Origin: Eledone cirrhosa
Lineage: Eukaryota
Assembly (NCBI GenBank): GCA_964016885.1
Contig: CAXHJY010000506.1
Coordinates: 1 to 43,430 of the forward strand
DNA length: 43,430 nucleotides
Direction: 5' to 3'
The notes below the pieces were generated by a model that saw only the letters and a program-made list of their open reading frames with translations, made no database searches and had not been told where the DNA came from. Both the position numbers and the translations under genes were made by a program. Below are positions 18,336-31,300 of the stretch, piece by piece (the first letter of the stretch is position 1; each line of letters begins with the position of its first letter).

Positions 18336-19544
18336 TCTGTCTCTCTAAGGAAGAAGAAATCAGCTGGAGTCAGACCTGAAGAGGTCTGCCATGTTTTAAA
18401 ATGCCCAAGATATGCCATTCCCAATAGTGACTCCATCAGAAGAAAAGCATAGTATCTACTTACAAGATATTAAAATATTCATTAAATGCTTGTTGATTAT
18501 ATCATTTGAGATGAAACATTTAAAAAATATTTACATCAACTGAACAGCTATCTAAAATGTATGCCCTTATACTGATATTAGAAATCAATATTTTACATCT
18601 ACATTGTTTCGATAATTTGATCTCTTATCACAATCATTAAAGAACAAACTGATTGTAATGTAGATGTATTATATTGAACATTTTGCATACCTAAATATCA
18701 GGTTTGGAAAATGATCTTATGAAAATATTCTTTAACAATACACACTTAGATAACAATCCATACCCATATATATCTACTTGAGTAATAGTAAACTGCTGTA
18801 AAGCTGAGTCAATAACCTGATATTGATCCCAGTTGTAACCCTTTCCTGTCAAACATTTTCTTCATCCCCATTAAATGTCTAGTGCCTCTTTGCATACAGA
18901 CTGTTAAAGAAATACAATTCTGATATGGATTTTCAAAGTCTGGATAGGTTCTTATTTAGAATGCTGTCCTTGATTACATGGTTTTCTAACTGGATGCTCT
19001 TAACACCAACCACTGTACTGAGAATACTGAGTGCATTTTATCATAGCACCAACATTAGAGAGTTTGTCTTATCTTCAACAAAACCTCTTCTCTCTATTGC
19101 TTCTGTTTGTTCAGGGTAAACTTAACAAAGAGGATGGGGGGTGGGTGTAAAAGCCCAAAGGGAAGAGAGACTAATAGCTACATGCTAGTTGTTGGTTAGG
19201 AGATTGAACTAGGGAGAAGTGATAAGAAGCAATAGGGATAGACAATGGCAAGCATGAGCTATAGATGTGGATGAAGAGTGAAGTGAGAGAGAGCATGAGA
19301 AATGGCAACAGAATGGGTGATGATAGAATATTGAATATAGACAGTTAATGCCATCTCTTGCTACACTGGTATTGTAAATGGAAGATAAGTTGTGAAAGAG
19401 GTAGATTGATAAAGTATAATGGTGGGGAGATTTGCATATAGACTGACCAAGTGCTCTCCCTTGTTTCAGAGTTGGTGTAGAATTGGAGAAAGGAGTGATA
19501 GATGTGAGGAAGGCAGTATAAGGAATAAATTGCGTAAGATACCC

Positions 19545-19965
19545 AATATGATACATTCCATCCTTCATCTCCGCCTAATTAGGAATTCCTCAATACACCC
19601 AAATCATCCAGTCCTTAACATGGCTGAGGATTCACAGCTGCTAGACCAACACCATTTGATGTCACCAGACCCTTTATCTTGTCATGCAACAAAACTGCAG
19701 AACTCAAATTTCAACATGCTTCTGATGTGGAGAACTAGCTTGCAACATATATCTCAATTTGCTAAACAGGTGTTGGTCGATTCAATGCAGCCATGCACCA
19801 CTGGGAGATGCATCCATCATCAGCTTGCCGGAGCAGACTGCAGAATATATGTTGAGTGAGTGCCCAGATCTCTGCCCACCTGAGAGTGTGGACCTTCTGC
19901 ACCCTGATCCCACTATCATGAGCTGATTCCAGTCCTGGGGAGTGTCCCATGATTGGTGTCTCATA
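19545..19965 (+). mobile_element. RTE-X-like LINE ORF2 C-terminal fragment (frameshifted)
   Basis: Across frames: HPNHPV..HLMSPDPLSCHATKL..MW, then GVGRFNAAMHHWEMHPSSAC, then EQTAEYMLSECPDLCPP. This resembles the RTEX C-terminal LNRxRTGVGR..MHxWG..CxC..QTxxHI..CP motif. Confidence 0.65.
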
Positions 19966-20009
19966 TGCAAGAAGAAATTCAATAGCTACATTCTCTGTAA
20001 TGCATCTGG

Positions 20010-20190
20010 GTGCTTGATCGAACTACTAGAAATAGCAGCCAAATCTAATTTAAATTACACACTACCATCTTAAAAACTGAACACATAATGCATGCATTGT
20101 GCTTGGGTGGGTGGAGGTTAAGACTGGATGGAATGATCATGGCTGAAATGCTTTTCATCGTAGTTTGGTCAACTTGAGATGAAACAATAA
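20010..20190 (+). repeat. Dispersed repeat family (CTAGAAATAGCAGCCAA...), probably a SINE or non-autonomous element
   Basis: Similar to 36560-36760 (+) and, reverse-complemented, to 34330-34520 and ~20690-20890. Confidence 0.6.
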
Positions 20191-20872
20191 AAAACTATTA
20201 AGGTTAATCTTATTTGTAATCAAGTTTTAATATAGTTATGCATAAAAAAGATAATTACTTCTTTAAAAATTGTTAGAAAAATGTTGAAGCATAGATTTTA
20301 AAATTATATATTGACACTGAAAGTCACAGGTAAGTCAGTATTTCCACATGGAGTGTGAAAAGTCTAAATAGAAATTATGTGATGAAGAAAAGACAATATT
20401 AGCCAATAATTAAAATTATTTTAGGCTTTCTGACAAGTATGAGAGATAACTCCATGCATGTTTTTTTTTTGTTTTTGTTTTTTTTTTTGTTTTTTTAATC
20501 TCATTACTATACTTGCTGTAATGTAAAAATAAATATGATTTGAGAATAAATTATTGCAAAAAACTACTTTAGAGGTGCCATCTGAATGAAAAACAGTAGT
20601 CAATTTATTACTATATTCAATATAGTGAGCAAGGTGGTGTCCAAGCATGGCTGCTGTAAAAGAATTAAAAAGCTAATTAGAATTACAGATAGCTGAGTAG
20701 ATAGTTTATACTGCGTCTATAGGCCCTTAGCACTCAATTAGGATTACACAACATCTATAATGCTGTTTAGTCTGTTGTTTAGCTTCAGGTCATCCATGAC
20801 CGAACAGACCTATAATTAAAATTAATCCAGCTGTAACCAGTCCTTAGAACTACATTATTCAATGAAGATTTA

Positions 20873-21050
20873 TTTTTAAAACTGGTAGGGTATGATGTAA
20901 CATACAATATAAGTCATGGATCAATGTAGCCTTTCTTTTTAAAACTGGTAGGGGTTTGATGTAACATACAATATATGTCCTGGATTAATGTAGTCTTTCT
21001 TTTTAAAAATGGCAGGGTATGATGTAATATACGATATAAGTCCTGAATCA
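20873..21050. repeat. Tandem repeat, ~63-bp unit x ~2.8
   Basis: TTTTTAAAACTGGTAGGGTATGATGTAACATACAATATAAGTC... recurs at ~20873, ~20936 and ~21000 with divergence. Confidence 0.9.
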
Positions 21051-21155
21051 AGAGTTACAAGTGAGACCCTCTCTTTTCATTAAAAACTTATACTTGGCAA
21101 CAGTCATTAGTCATCCATGTTATTAAATACCTTTAACACGATTTCAATTAATTCT

Positions 21156-21202
21156 CAGAGATGAAACTAACCTGTTAACAGAGATGAAACTAACCTGTTA
21201 AC
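21156..21202. repeat. Perfect 23-bp tandem duplication
   Basis: CAGAGATGAAACTAACCTGTTAA x2. Confidence 0.95.
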
Positions 21203-21213
21203 TTTAATGGGGT

Positions 21214-21402
21214 AATAATAATTTTCTACTTTTAGCACAAGGCCAGCAATTACCCAGTGTATTACTGGTACTTTATTTTATCGACCCCGTAAGGATGAAA
21301 GGCAAAGTTAACCTCAGCGGGATTTGAACTCAGATCATAAAGGGACGTAATTCTATGCGTCAAAGCATGGCGTCCGACCCTCTACCGCTACTGCCAATCC
21401 AC
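21214..21402 (-). mobile_element. tRNA-derived SINE (left arm of inverted pair)
   Basis: Reverse complement of 21413-21602, with the B-box and core on the minus strand. Confidence 0.9.
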
Positions 21403-21412
21403 CGCTTTGTCT

Positions 21413-21602
21413 GTGGATTGGCAGTATCGGTAGAGGGTCGGACGCCATGCTTTGACGCATAGAGTTACGGCCCTTGCCATTCTGAGTTCAAATCCCGCCG
21501 AGGTTAACTTTGCCTTTCATCCTTACGGCGTCGATAAAATAAAGTACCAGTAATACACTGGGCAATTGCTGGCCTTGTGCCAAAAAGTAGAAATAATTAA
21601 TT
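21413..21602 (+). mobile_element. tRNA-derived SINE (right arm of inverted pair)
   Basis: GTGGATTGGCAGTATCGG head, GAGTTCAAATCCC B-box, GCCTTTCATCCTTACGGCGTCGATAAAATAAAGTACCAG core. Confidence 0.9.
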
Positions 21603-21612
21603 ACTTTCATCG

Positions 21613-21820
21613 GGGTGGTGGATTGGCAGAATAATTAGAGTGTTGGAGAAAATGTGACATTTAGCTCTATACATTTTGAGTTCAAATCCCACCAAGATCA
21701 ATTTTACCTTTCATCCTTCTGGAGTCGATAAAATAAAGTACCTGTCAGGTATTGGGATCGATTTAATCGACCTCCCACTCCCTGAAATTGCTGGCTTTGT
21801 GTCTAAATTCGAAATCATTA
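21613..21820 (+). mobile_element. tRNA-derived SINE
   Basis: Same head, B-box, core and tail as 16323-16542. Confidence 0.85.
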
Positions 21821-22315
21821 AATTTACGCTCTTTCAATAGCATTATCGGTTTATTTTACCAAGAGAGATAACTCATAAATACGCAATGCGGAGATGAGTA
21901 ATATCAAAGTTAATCCATTTATGAACTCTAACCACTATCGCAAATAAATTTCCCAAAAGATCTGATATCTATTCATGGCATCTGAGAGTTTCTGTGTCAT
22001 TTAATGGCTAACATGTCTGGTTACTACATGGCGCCGAAACTATTTACTGCAAGAAATGAGCAGATTAAGAGATGCATAGACTATAAGTGTCATGAACTTC
22101 AACACGTTTTAACACATCGTTTTTCTGCTTACGTTTTCGAATACGAAAACAAGTTTTGGTCATAACAAAATTAAATAAAGAACCCGAATAGTAATACTGG
22201 AGATTTTACGCCGCTAAAATATATTTTAGCGAAGTTTATGTAGCGTTAAGCAGATGAAAAGATACTAGATTTTTTTCTCTCACAATTAAGTAAAGTAATT
22301 TTTTTTTTTACTTGT

Positions 22316-22585
22316 TGACCTAGCTCCATAAACGTCTCGAACATCACAGACTGGAAGAAGTTTACAGATAATTCCCGATATTTCAGAATTTGATTTCGTT
22401 CGGCTACAGAAGCAGTGACCCTCACATTTACTGCAGCATCTAGGATGTGGGAGGGAACAAAAGAGTCATTGACTGTGGCGTTCCAGATGAAACATCTACC
22501 TCTTACCCAGGGACAAAGGGTAAGATGATCTGGTATCTTCCCATTAATTCTGAATAATCCAGCCGGCTCCAGACACTGTTACCAA
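22316..22585 (-). mobile_element. CRE-clade LINE fragment (restriction-like endonuclease region), decayed
   Basis: Reverse complement aligns with 32600-32850 (GGCTGGATTA...ATGGGAAGA.ACCAGA...GGGTCACTGCTTCT...GTTCGAGACGTTTA). Confidence 0.75.
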
Positions 22586-22864
22586 TTATAGCGAGTCTGG
22601 TGCTTAGGAAGGATGGCGGTGTTGATTCATTGTTGTGTGTGAACTCACTTGTGGATTGCTCAGTCGTATGGTCACTGTTGAGTAGAATGTAGGCGAAAGA
22701 GATTGATGTGCTCGATACAGTGTGATCAGAGATTGCGGGTGTGCTCTTAAGTAAGTGTTCATTACGATGATGATGATCATAATGTGATGATTCCATGGGT
22801 AAGTGATCTACCCTGATCACATAGGTAATGAAATATATAAACCACAATAATACAAATCTGCTAT

Positions 22865-24680
22865 GTTACTTCTTCGCAGACTTATTCCTGGGAGGGTTGT
22901 AGAAGCAGAGTTCTCAAACACTCCCTCTAGCGGGTCCTGTCAGAAGCAACCATCTCTAATTGATCCGGCTGGATCCCTAAGCGAGACCAGCCAAGCTCAT
23001 GGATTTTATCCAACTATCTTGCTCGGGGTCTACCCCTGGGTCTCCTGCCGGTTGCCTTTGCCTATAAAATCTGTCCAGCGATTCTTTCCTGAGACATTTT
23101 AATCACATGCCCATAATATCGGAGCTGTGATCTCTCAATTCGGGGAAGTAGCGGCTCTACCTGGAGTGAGTCTCTGATCTCCGTTACTCCAAGAACGCTT
23201 CGGGGAAACCCCATTTTGGCTGCTTGAATTCACGATTGTATTCTTTTTGTCATTACCCAAGATTCTTGACCATAGATAAGGGTTGGCACGAATACCGAAT
23301 TGAAGATAACAAGTTTGGCTTTTACACCTACCGCGCTTTTCTGATTACTGAATGCTGAAGCTGGCACATTACTGCACCAGCTGTTGCAATTCTTGCACTT
23401 AATTCAGCCTCCTGCCTTCCATCACTTGTGAACACGGCCCTGAGATACTCAAACTTCTCCACTTGCTTCAGTGGAACTCCAGGCTTCCTTTAGAGGACAA
23501 GTGTCTCAGTTTTTGCAGCCCCGATTTTCATTCCGGCCATGCAGCACTCGGCATCAAACCTATCGAGTGCAAGTCGGAGATCAGCTTCTGTCAAGTAAAA
23601 TAATACCGTATCGTCTGCAATTCCAGCCGACTGATTTTACACCCGTCAGTCGTGATACCACTTACAATCCGGCTGCATATGTCAATCCTGTTCATGAAAA
23701 TAATGAACAGGAGAGGTGACAGTACGCACCTTTGGTGGAGTTCGATTCCCACATTGAATGGTTTCTATTTAGCACCATTTATCCGAACACAAATTCGTGG
23801 ACATTCGCATACAGACAACCGGGCAACAAGAAGCTGACCATCGACACCATACTCCTGCAAAATATTTCACAGCAGGTCCTGAGGAACGCGGTCATATGCC
23901 TTTTCGGGGTTTACAAAACAAGAATATACCTTTTGGTAATGCTCGCACGATTTCTCAAAGAACTGCCGCAGTATGAATATTTGGTCGGCTGTGCTGTATC
24001 CGCGGCGAAAACCGCACTGTTCATCAGTTAGCTTGGACTCGACAATCTCCTTGCATCTCTTTGCCAGAAACTTAGCATAGACGTCCCGGGGAGGTTTAAC
24101 AAGGAGATCCCTCTGTAATTGGAACAATTTTTCGTCTACCTTTTTGAAAATTGGGATTATTACTCACGATTGCCTTTCCAGAGATCCAGGCCATCCGGCA
24201 CACACGAGTCGGTCAGAGAATGACTTCTCTATTTAAGGCTTTTTATATCTCGTGCCGGATTTTATCTTCCTCAGCGGCTTTGCTACATTTGAGCTCTTTA
24301 ACTGTTCTTGTGATTCAGCCTCTGAGAGATTAGTCACCGCTCCCAGATGCGCCTCGTGTACATCAGAAGATGTTGTTGTGATCAGGTTTAGGAGATCAGC
24401 AAAGTATTCTCTCCACCTCGCGAGGATGCACCTCTCTGAAGAGAGAACCCAGACGTGTTCCGGATAGCATGCGTGGAGGAGAACTTCTTATTACGAAGTC
24501 GGCGGATGGTCTGCGGGAACACTTTATTTGCTGATCTGAAGTCGGATTCCAGCTTAATCCCAAAAGTCCTCCCATGTCTTAACTTTGTACGCCTTTACTG
24601 TCTCTGCTGCGATTCTTTGTGCTTGCTTGTATTGCAATTACAAGAAGGAGGACTTATTTCCAAGCCAAGCTTTGTAGGCC
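22865..24680 (-). mobile_element. RTE-clade LINE (Expander/Rex3-like), 5'-truncated and degenerate; reverse transcriptase pseudo-ORF
   Basis: ORF 23867-24127 gives IVESKLTDEQCGFRRGYSTADQIFILRQFFEK...FVNPEKAYDRVP (RT motifs). Minus strand near 23020-23145 gives RIERSQLRYYGHVIKM...GRRPRGRPR (RTE C-terminus). Contains frameshifts and stops. Confidence 0.9.
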
Positions 24681-24869
24681 TCCTACTAATTGATTAAATA
24701 TAACTTTTATCGAAGTTATAACGACAATACACGAAGAACAAATGATCACAGTTGAATCGTGTGAGGTTATATACCAAATGTGATGTATATGCCTCCTGTT
24801 TGCTGGCAAAGGTACTATTAAAAATGTATTAACCAAACTTCCGTTGGTGGAATGGATTTCGCTGGCCTA

Positions 24870-24883
<14 letters not shown>

Positions 24884-24936
<53 letters not shown>
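24884..24936. repeat. (GA)n microsatellite
   Basis: Read directly. Confidence 0.97.
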
Positions 24937-24938
<2 letters not shown>

Positions 24939-25324
24939 CAAAGGGGTCGGTGGTGTGAAACAGTTGACAACTACATCTTAGCTAGTCGGTATGAACTCTG
25001 CAACTGTTCGAATTGGCTATGGGAGCAGGCTATTTATGACCATTCTTTCCTTTGTCTCTGGGACTCGAGAATAAGCAGATGGCCGTTTGATGTCAAAGTC
25101 TCAGACATATTGGTGACTGGAAAGCCGATTCACAATGGAAACTTATGAGGCCACCAAGGTCAGCTTCATGGTGGCCGCTTGATTGTGTGAAAGAAACTCT
25201 ATTAAGGAGAGTATTATATTACTGCTACATATGTATCTATCCGAGGTAGGGCTCGCTGAATGATCGAATATTGAATAACATTTATGACAAAATCAAAGAC
25301 ATTAATTTTGTATCTATACAATAC

Positions 25325-25336
25325 ATCAATATATTT
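25325..25336 (+). other. Left target-site duplication ATCAATATATTT
   Basis: Identical 12-mer at 32171-32182; each copy directly abuts an end of the repeat array. Confidence 0.9.
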
Positions 25337-28300
25337 GAATATAGACATAGAATATTCGAAAATATTCTGTATGTTTATAATAAACATTTTGAAGACCTAA
25401 TCGCTATAGAATAGAATACGTCACGTATTACAATTAGATTCTCGATAAAAGCAAGGGAAGTAATCTACGCGTTTCATTCTCGTTAGAAATCATCAGGACT
25501 ACATATCCAGTGCTTTTATCGAGAATGACACAGCTAGAGACTTATAGAATACTTAGCTGTGTACAGGAACTGGTTTGAAAGAGCGGTTGCCGGTCCGGCA
25601 GAAATTAGAAATTGGAATAAATGCTCTGAAATAGCGATATATATGTGAATATAGACATAGAATATTCGAAAATATTCTGTATGTTTATAATAAACATTTT
25701 GAAGACCTAATCGCTATAGAATAGAATACGTCACGTATTACAATTAGATTCTCGATAAAAGCAAGGGAAGTAATCTACGCGTTTCATTCTCGTTAGAAAT
25801 CATCAGGACTACATATCCAGTGCTTTTATCGAGAATGACACAGCTAGAGACTTATAGAATACTTAGCTGTGTACAGGAACTGGTTTGAAAGAGCGGTTGC
25901 CGGTCCGGCAGAAATTAGAAATTGGAATAAATGCTCTGAAATAGCGATATATATGTGAATATAGACATAGAATATTCGAAAATATTCTGTATGTTTATAA
26001 TAAACATTTTGAAGACCTAATCGCTATAGAATAGAATACGTCACGTATTACAATTAGATTCTCGATAAAAGCAAGGGAAGTAATCTACGCGTTTCATTCT
26101 CGTTAGAAATCATCAGGACTACATATCCAGTGCTTTTATCGAGAATGACACAGCTAGAGACTTATAGAATACTTAGCTGTGTACAGGAACTGGTTTGAAA
26201 GAGCGGTTGCCGGTCCGGCAGAAATTAGAAATTGGAATAAATGCTCTGAAATAGCGATATATATGTGAATATAGACATAGAATATTCGAAAATATTCTGT
26301 ATGTTTATAATAAACATTTTGAAGACCTAATCGCTATAGAATAGAATACGTCACGTATTACAATTAGATTCTCGATAAAAGCAAGGGAAGTAATCTACGC
26401 GTTTCATTCTCGTTAGAAATCATCAGGACTACATATCCAGTGCTTTTATCGAGAATGACACAGCTAGAGACTTATAGAATACTTAGCTGTGTACAGGAAC
26501 TGGTTTGAAAGAGCGGTTGCCGGTCCGGCAGAAATTAGAAATTGGAATAAATGCTCTGAAATAGCGATATATATGTGAATATAGACATAGAATATTCGAA
26601 AATATTCTGTATGTTTATAATAAACATTTTGAAGACCTAATCGCTATAGAATAGAATACGTCACGTATTACAATTAGATTCTCGATAAAAGCAAGGGAAG
26701 TAATCTACGCGTTTCATTCTCGTTAGAAATCATCAGGACTACATATCCAGTGCTTTTATCGAGAATGACACAGCTAGAGACTTATAGAATACTTAGCTGT
26801 GTACAGGAACTGGTTTGAAAGAGCGGTTGCCGGTCCGGCAGAAATTAGAAATTGGAATAAATGCTCTGAAATAGCGATATATATGTGAATATAGACATAG
26901 AATATTCGAAAATATTCTGTATGTTTATAATAAACATTTTGAAGACCTAATCGCTATAGAATAGAATACGTCACGTATTACAATTAGATTCTCGATAAAA
27001 GCAAGGGAAGTAATCTACGCGTTTCATTCTCGTTAGAAATCATCAGGACTACATATCCAGTGCTTTTATCGAGAATGACACAGCTAGAGACTTATAGAAT
27101 ACTTAGCTGTGTACAGGAACTGGTTTGAAAGAGCGGTTGCCGGTCCGGCAGAAATTAGAAATTGGAATAAATGCTCTGAAATAGCGATATATATGTGAAT
27201 ATAGACATAGAATATTCGAAAATATTCTGTATGTTTATAATAAACATTTTGAAGACCTAATCGCTATAGAATAGAATACGTCACGTATTACAATTAGATT
27301 CTCGATAAAAGCAAGGGAAGTAATCTACGCGTTTCATTCTCGTTAGAAATCATCAGGACTACATATCCAGTGCTTTTATCGAGAATGACACAGCTAGAGA
27401 CTTATAGAATACTTAGCTGTGTACAGGAACTGGTTTGAAAGAGCGGTTGCCGGTCCGGCAGAAATTAGAAATTGGAATAAATGCTCTGAAATAGCGATAT
27501 ATATGTGAATATAGACATAGAATATTCGAAAATATTCTGTATGTTTATAATAAACATTTTGAAGACCTAATCGCTATAGAATAGAATACGTCACGTATTA
27601 CAATTAGATTCTCGATAAAAGCAAGGGAAGTAATCTACGCGTTTCATTCTCGTTAGAAATCATCAGGACTACATATCCAGTGCTTTTATCGAGAATGACA
27701 CAGCTAGAGACTTATAGAATACTTAGCTGTGTACAGGAACTGGTTTGAAAGAGCGGTTGCCGGTCCGGCAGAAATTAGAAATTGGAATAAATGCTCTGAA
27801 ATAGCGATATATATGTGAATATAGACATAGAATATTCGAAAATATTCTGTATGTTTATAATAAACATTTTGAAGACCTAATCGCTATAGAATAGAATACG
27901 TCACGTATTACAATTAGATTCTCGATAAAAGCAAGGGAAGTAATCTACGCGTTTCATTCTCGTTAGAAATCATCAGGACTACATATCCAGTGCTTTTATC
28001 GAGAATGACACAGCTAGAGACTTATAGAATACTTAGCTGTGTACAGGAACTGGTTTGAAAGAGCGGTTGCCGGTCCGGCAGAAATTAGAAATTGGAATAA
28101 ATGCTCTGAAATAGCGATATATATGTGAATATAGACATAGAATATTCGAAAATATTCTGTATGTTTATAATAAACATTTTGAAGACCTAATCGCTATAGA
28201 ATAGAATACGTCACGTATTACAATTAGATTCTCGATAAAAGCAAGGGAAGTAATCTACGCGTTTCATTCTCGTTAGAAATCATCAGGACTACATATCCAG

Positions 28301-31300
28301 TGCTTTTATCGAGAATGACACAGCTAGAGACTTATAGAATACTTAGCTGTGTACAGGAACTGGTTTGAAAGAGCGGTTGCCGGTCCGGCAGAAATTAGAA
28401 ATTGGAATAAATGCTCTGAAATAGCGATATATATGTGAATATAGACATAGAATATTCGAAAATATTCTGTATGTTTATAATAAACATTTTGAAGACCTAA
28501 TCGCTATAGAATAGAATACGTCACGTATTACAATTAGATTCTCGATAAAAGCAAGGGAAGTAATCTACGCGTTTCATTCTCGTTAGAAATCATCAGGACT
28601 ACATATCCAGTGCTTTTATCGAGAATGACACAGCTAGAGACTTATAGAATACTTAGCTGTGTACAGGAACTGGTTTGAAAGAGCGGTTGCCGGTCCGGCA
28701 GAAATTAGAAATTGGAATAAATGCTCTGAAATAGCGATATATATGTGAATATAGACATAGAATATTCGAAAATATTCTGTATGTTTATAATAAACATTTT
28801 GAAGACCTAATCGCTATAGAATAGAATACGTCACGTATTACAATTAGATTCTCGATAAAAGCAAGGGAAGTAATCTACGCGTTTCATTCTCGTTAGAAAT
28901 CATCAGGACTACATATCCAGTGCTTTTATCGAGAATGACACAGCTAGAGACTTATAGAATACTTAGCTGTGTACAGGAACTGGTTTGAAAGAGCGGTTGC
29001 CGGTCCGGCAGAAATTAGAAATTGGAATAAATGCTCTGAAATAGCGATATATATGTGAATATAGACATAGAATATTCGAAAATATTCTGTATGTTTATAA
29101 TAAACATTTTGAAGACCTAATCGCTATAGAATAGAATACGTCACGTATTACAATTAGATTCTCGATAAAAGCAAGGGAAGTAATCTACGCGTTTCATTCT
29201 CGTTAGAAATCATCAGGACTACATATCCAGTGCTTTTATCGAGAATGACACAGCTAGAGACTTATAGAATACTTAGCTGTGTACAGGAACTGGTTTGAAA
29301 GAGCGGTTGCCGGTCCGGCAGAAATTAGAAATTGGAATAAATGCTCTGAAATAGCGATATATATGTGAATATAGACATAGAATATTCGAAAATATTCTGT
29401 ATGTTTATAATAAACATTTTGAAGACCTAATCGCTATAGAATAGAATACGTCACGTATTACAATTAGATTCTCGATAAAAGCAAGGGAAGTAATCTACGC
29501 GTTTCATTCTCGTTAGAAATCATCAGGACTACATATCCAGTGCTTTTATCGAGAATGACACAGCTAGAGACTTATAGAATACTTAGCTGTGTACAGGAAC
29601 TGGTTTGAAAGAGCGGTTGCCGGTCCGGCAGAAATTAGAAATTGGAATAAATGCTCTGAAATAGCGATATATATGTGAATATAGACATAGAATATTCGAA
29701 AATATTCTGTATGTTTATAATAAACATTTTGAAGACCTAATCGCTATAGAATAGAATACGTCACGTATTACAATTAGATTCTCGATAAAAGCAAGGGAAG
29801 TAATCTACGCGTTTCATTCTCGTTAGAAATCATCAGGACTACATATCCAGTGCTTTTATCGAGAATGACACAGCTAGAGACTTATAGAATACTTAGCTGT
29901 GTACAGGAACTGGTTTGAAAGAGCGGTTGCCGGTCCGGCAGAAATTAGAAATTGGAATAAATGCTCTGAAATAGCGATATATATGTGAATATAGACATAG
30001 AATATTCGAAAATATTCTGTATGTTTATAATAAACATTTTGAAGACCTAATCGCTATAGAATAGAATACGTCACGTATTACAATTAGATTCTCGATAAAA
30101 GCAAGGGAAGTAATCTACGCGTTTCATTCTCGTTAGAAATCATCAGGACTACATATCCAGTGCTTTTATCGAGAATGACACAGCTAGAGACTTATAGAAT
30201 ACTTAGCTGTGTACAGGAACTGGTTTGAAAGAGCGGTTGCCGGTCCGGCAGAAATTAGAAATTGGAATAAATGCTCTGAAATAGCGATATATATGTGAAT
30301 ATAGACATAGAATATTCGAAAATATTCTGTATGTTTATAATAAACATTTTGAAGACCTAATCGCTATAGAATAGAATACGTCACGTATTACAATTAGATT
30401 CTCGATAAAAGCAAGGGAAGTAATCTACGCGTTTCATTCTCGTTAGAAATCATCAGGACTACATATCCAGTGCTTTTATCGAGAATGACACAGCTAGAGA
30501 CTTATAGAATACTTAGCTGTGTACAGGAACTGGTTTGAAAGAGCGGTTGCCGGTCCGGCAGAAATTAGAAATTGGAATAAATGCTCTGAAATAGCGATAT
30601 ATATGTGAATATAGACATAGAATATTCGAAAATATTCTGTATGTTTATAATAAACATTTTGAAGACCTAATCGCTATATAATAGAATACGTCACGTATTA
30701 CAATTAGATTCTCGATAAAAGCAAGGGAAGTAATCTACGCGTTTCATTCTCGTTAGAAATCATCAGGACTACATATCCAGTGCTTTTATCGAGAATGACA
30801 CAGCTAGAGACTTATAGAATACTTAGCTGTGTACAGGAACTGGTTTGAAAGAGCGGTTGCCGGTCCGGCAGAAATTAGAAATTGGAATAAATGCTCTGAA
30901 ATAGCGATATATATGTGAATATAGACATAGAATATTCGAAAATATTCTGTATGTTTATAATAAACATTTTGAAGACCTAATCGCTATAGAATAGAATACG
31001 TCACGTATTACAATTAGATTCTCGATAAAAGCAAGGGAAGTAATCTACGCGTTTCATTCTCGTTAGAAATCATCAGGACTACATATCCAGTGCTTTTATC
31101 GAGAATGACACAGCTAGAGACTTATAGAATACTTAGCTGTGTACAGGAACTGGTTTGAAAGAGCGGTTGCCGGTCCGGCAGAAATTAGAAATTGGAATAA
31201 ATGCTCTGAAATAGCGATATATATGTGAATATAGACATAGAATATTCGAAAATATTCTGTATGTTTATAATAAACATTTTGAAGACCTAATCGCTATAGA

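Noticed and set aside
18116-18436. 106-aa minus-strand ORF
   Set aside because: It overlaps the antisense strand of a decayed SINE core and has no recognisable protein features.
19209-19568. Possible Penelope-like GIY-YIG C-terminal remnant (…YNTSVARDGINCLYS…)
   Set aside because: The resemblance is too weak without a profile search, and no associated hammerhead was found. I recognised no autonomous Penelope-like partner in the window.
21413-21500. tRNA gene
   Set aside because: The A/B boxes belong to SINE heads; there is no cloverleaf, and the SINE core follows.
24852-25148. 98-aa ORF with an ER repeat
   Set aside because: It is driven by the (GA)n microsatellite, with no other coding evidence.
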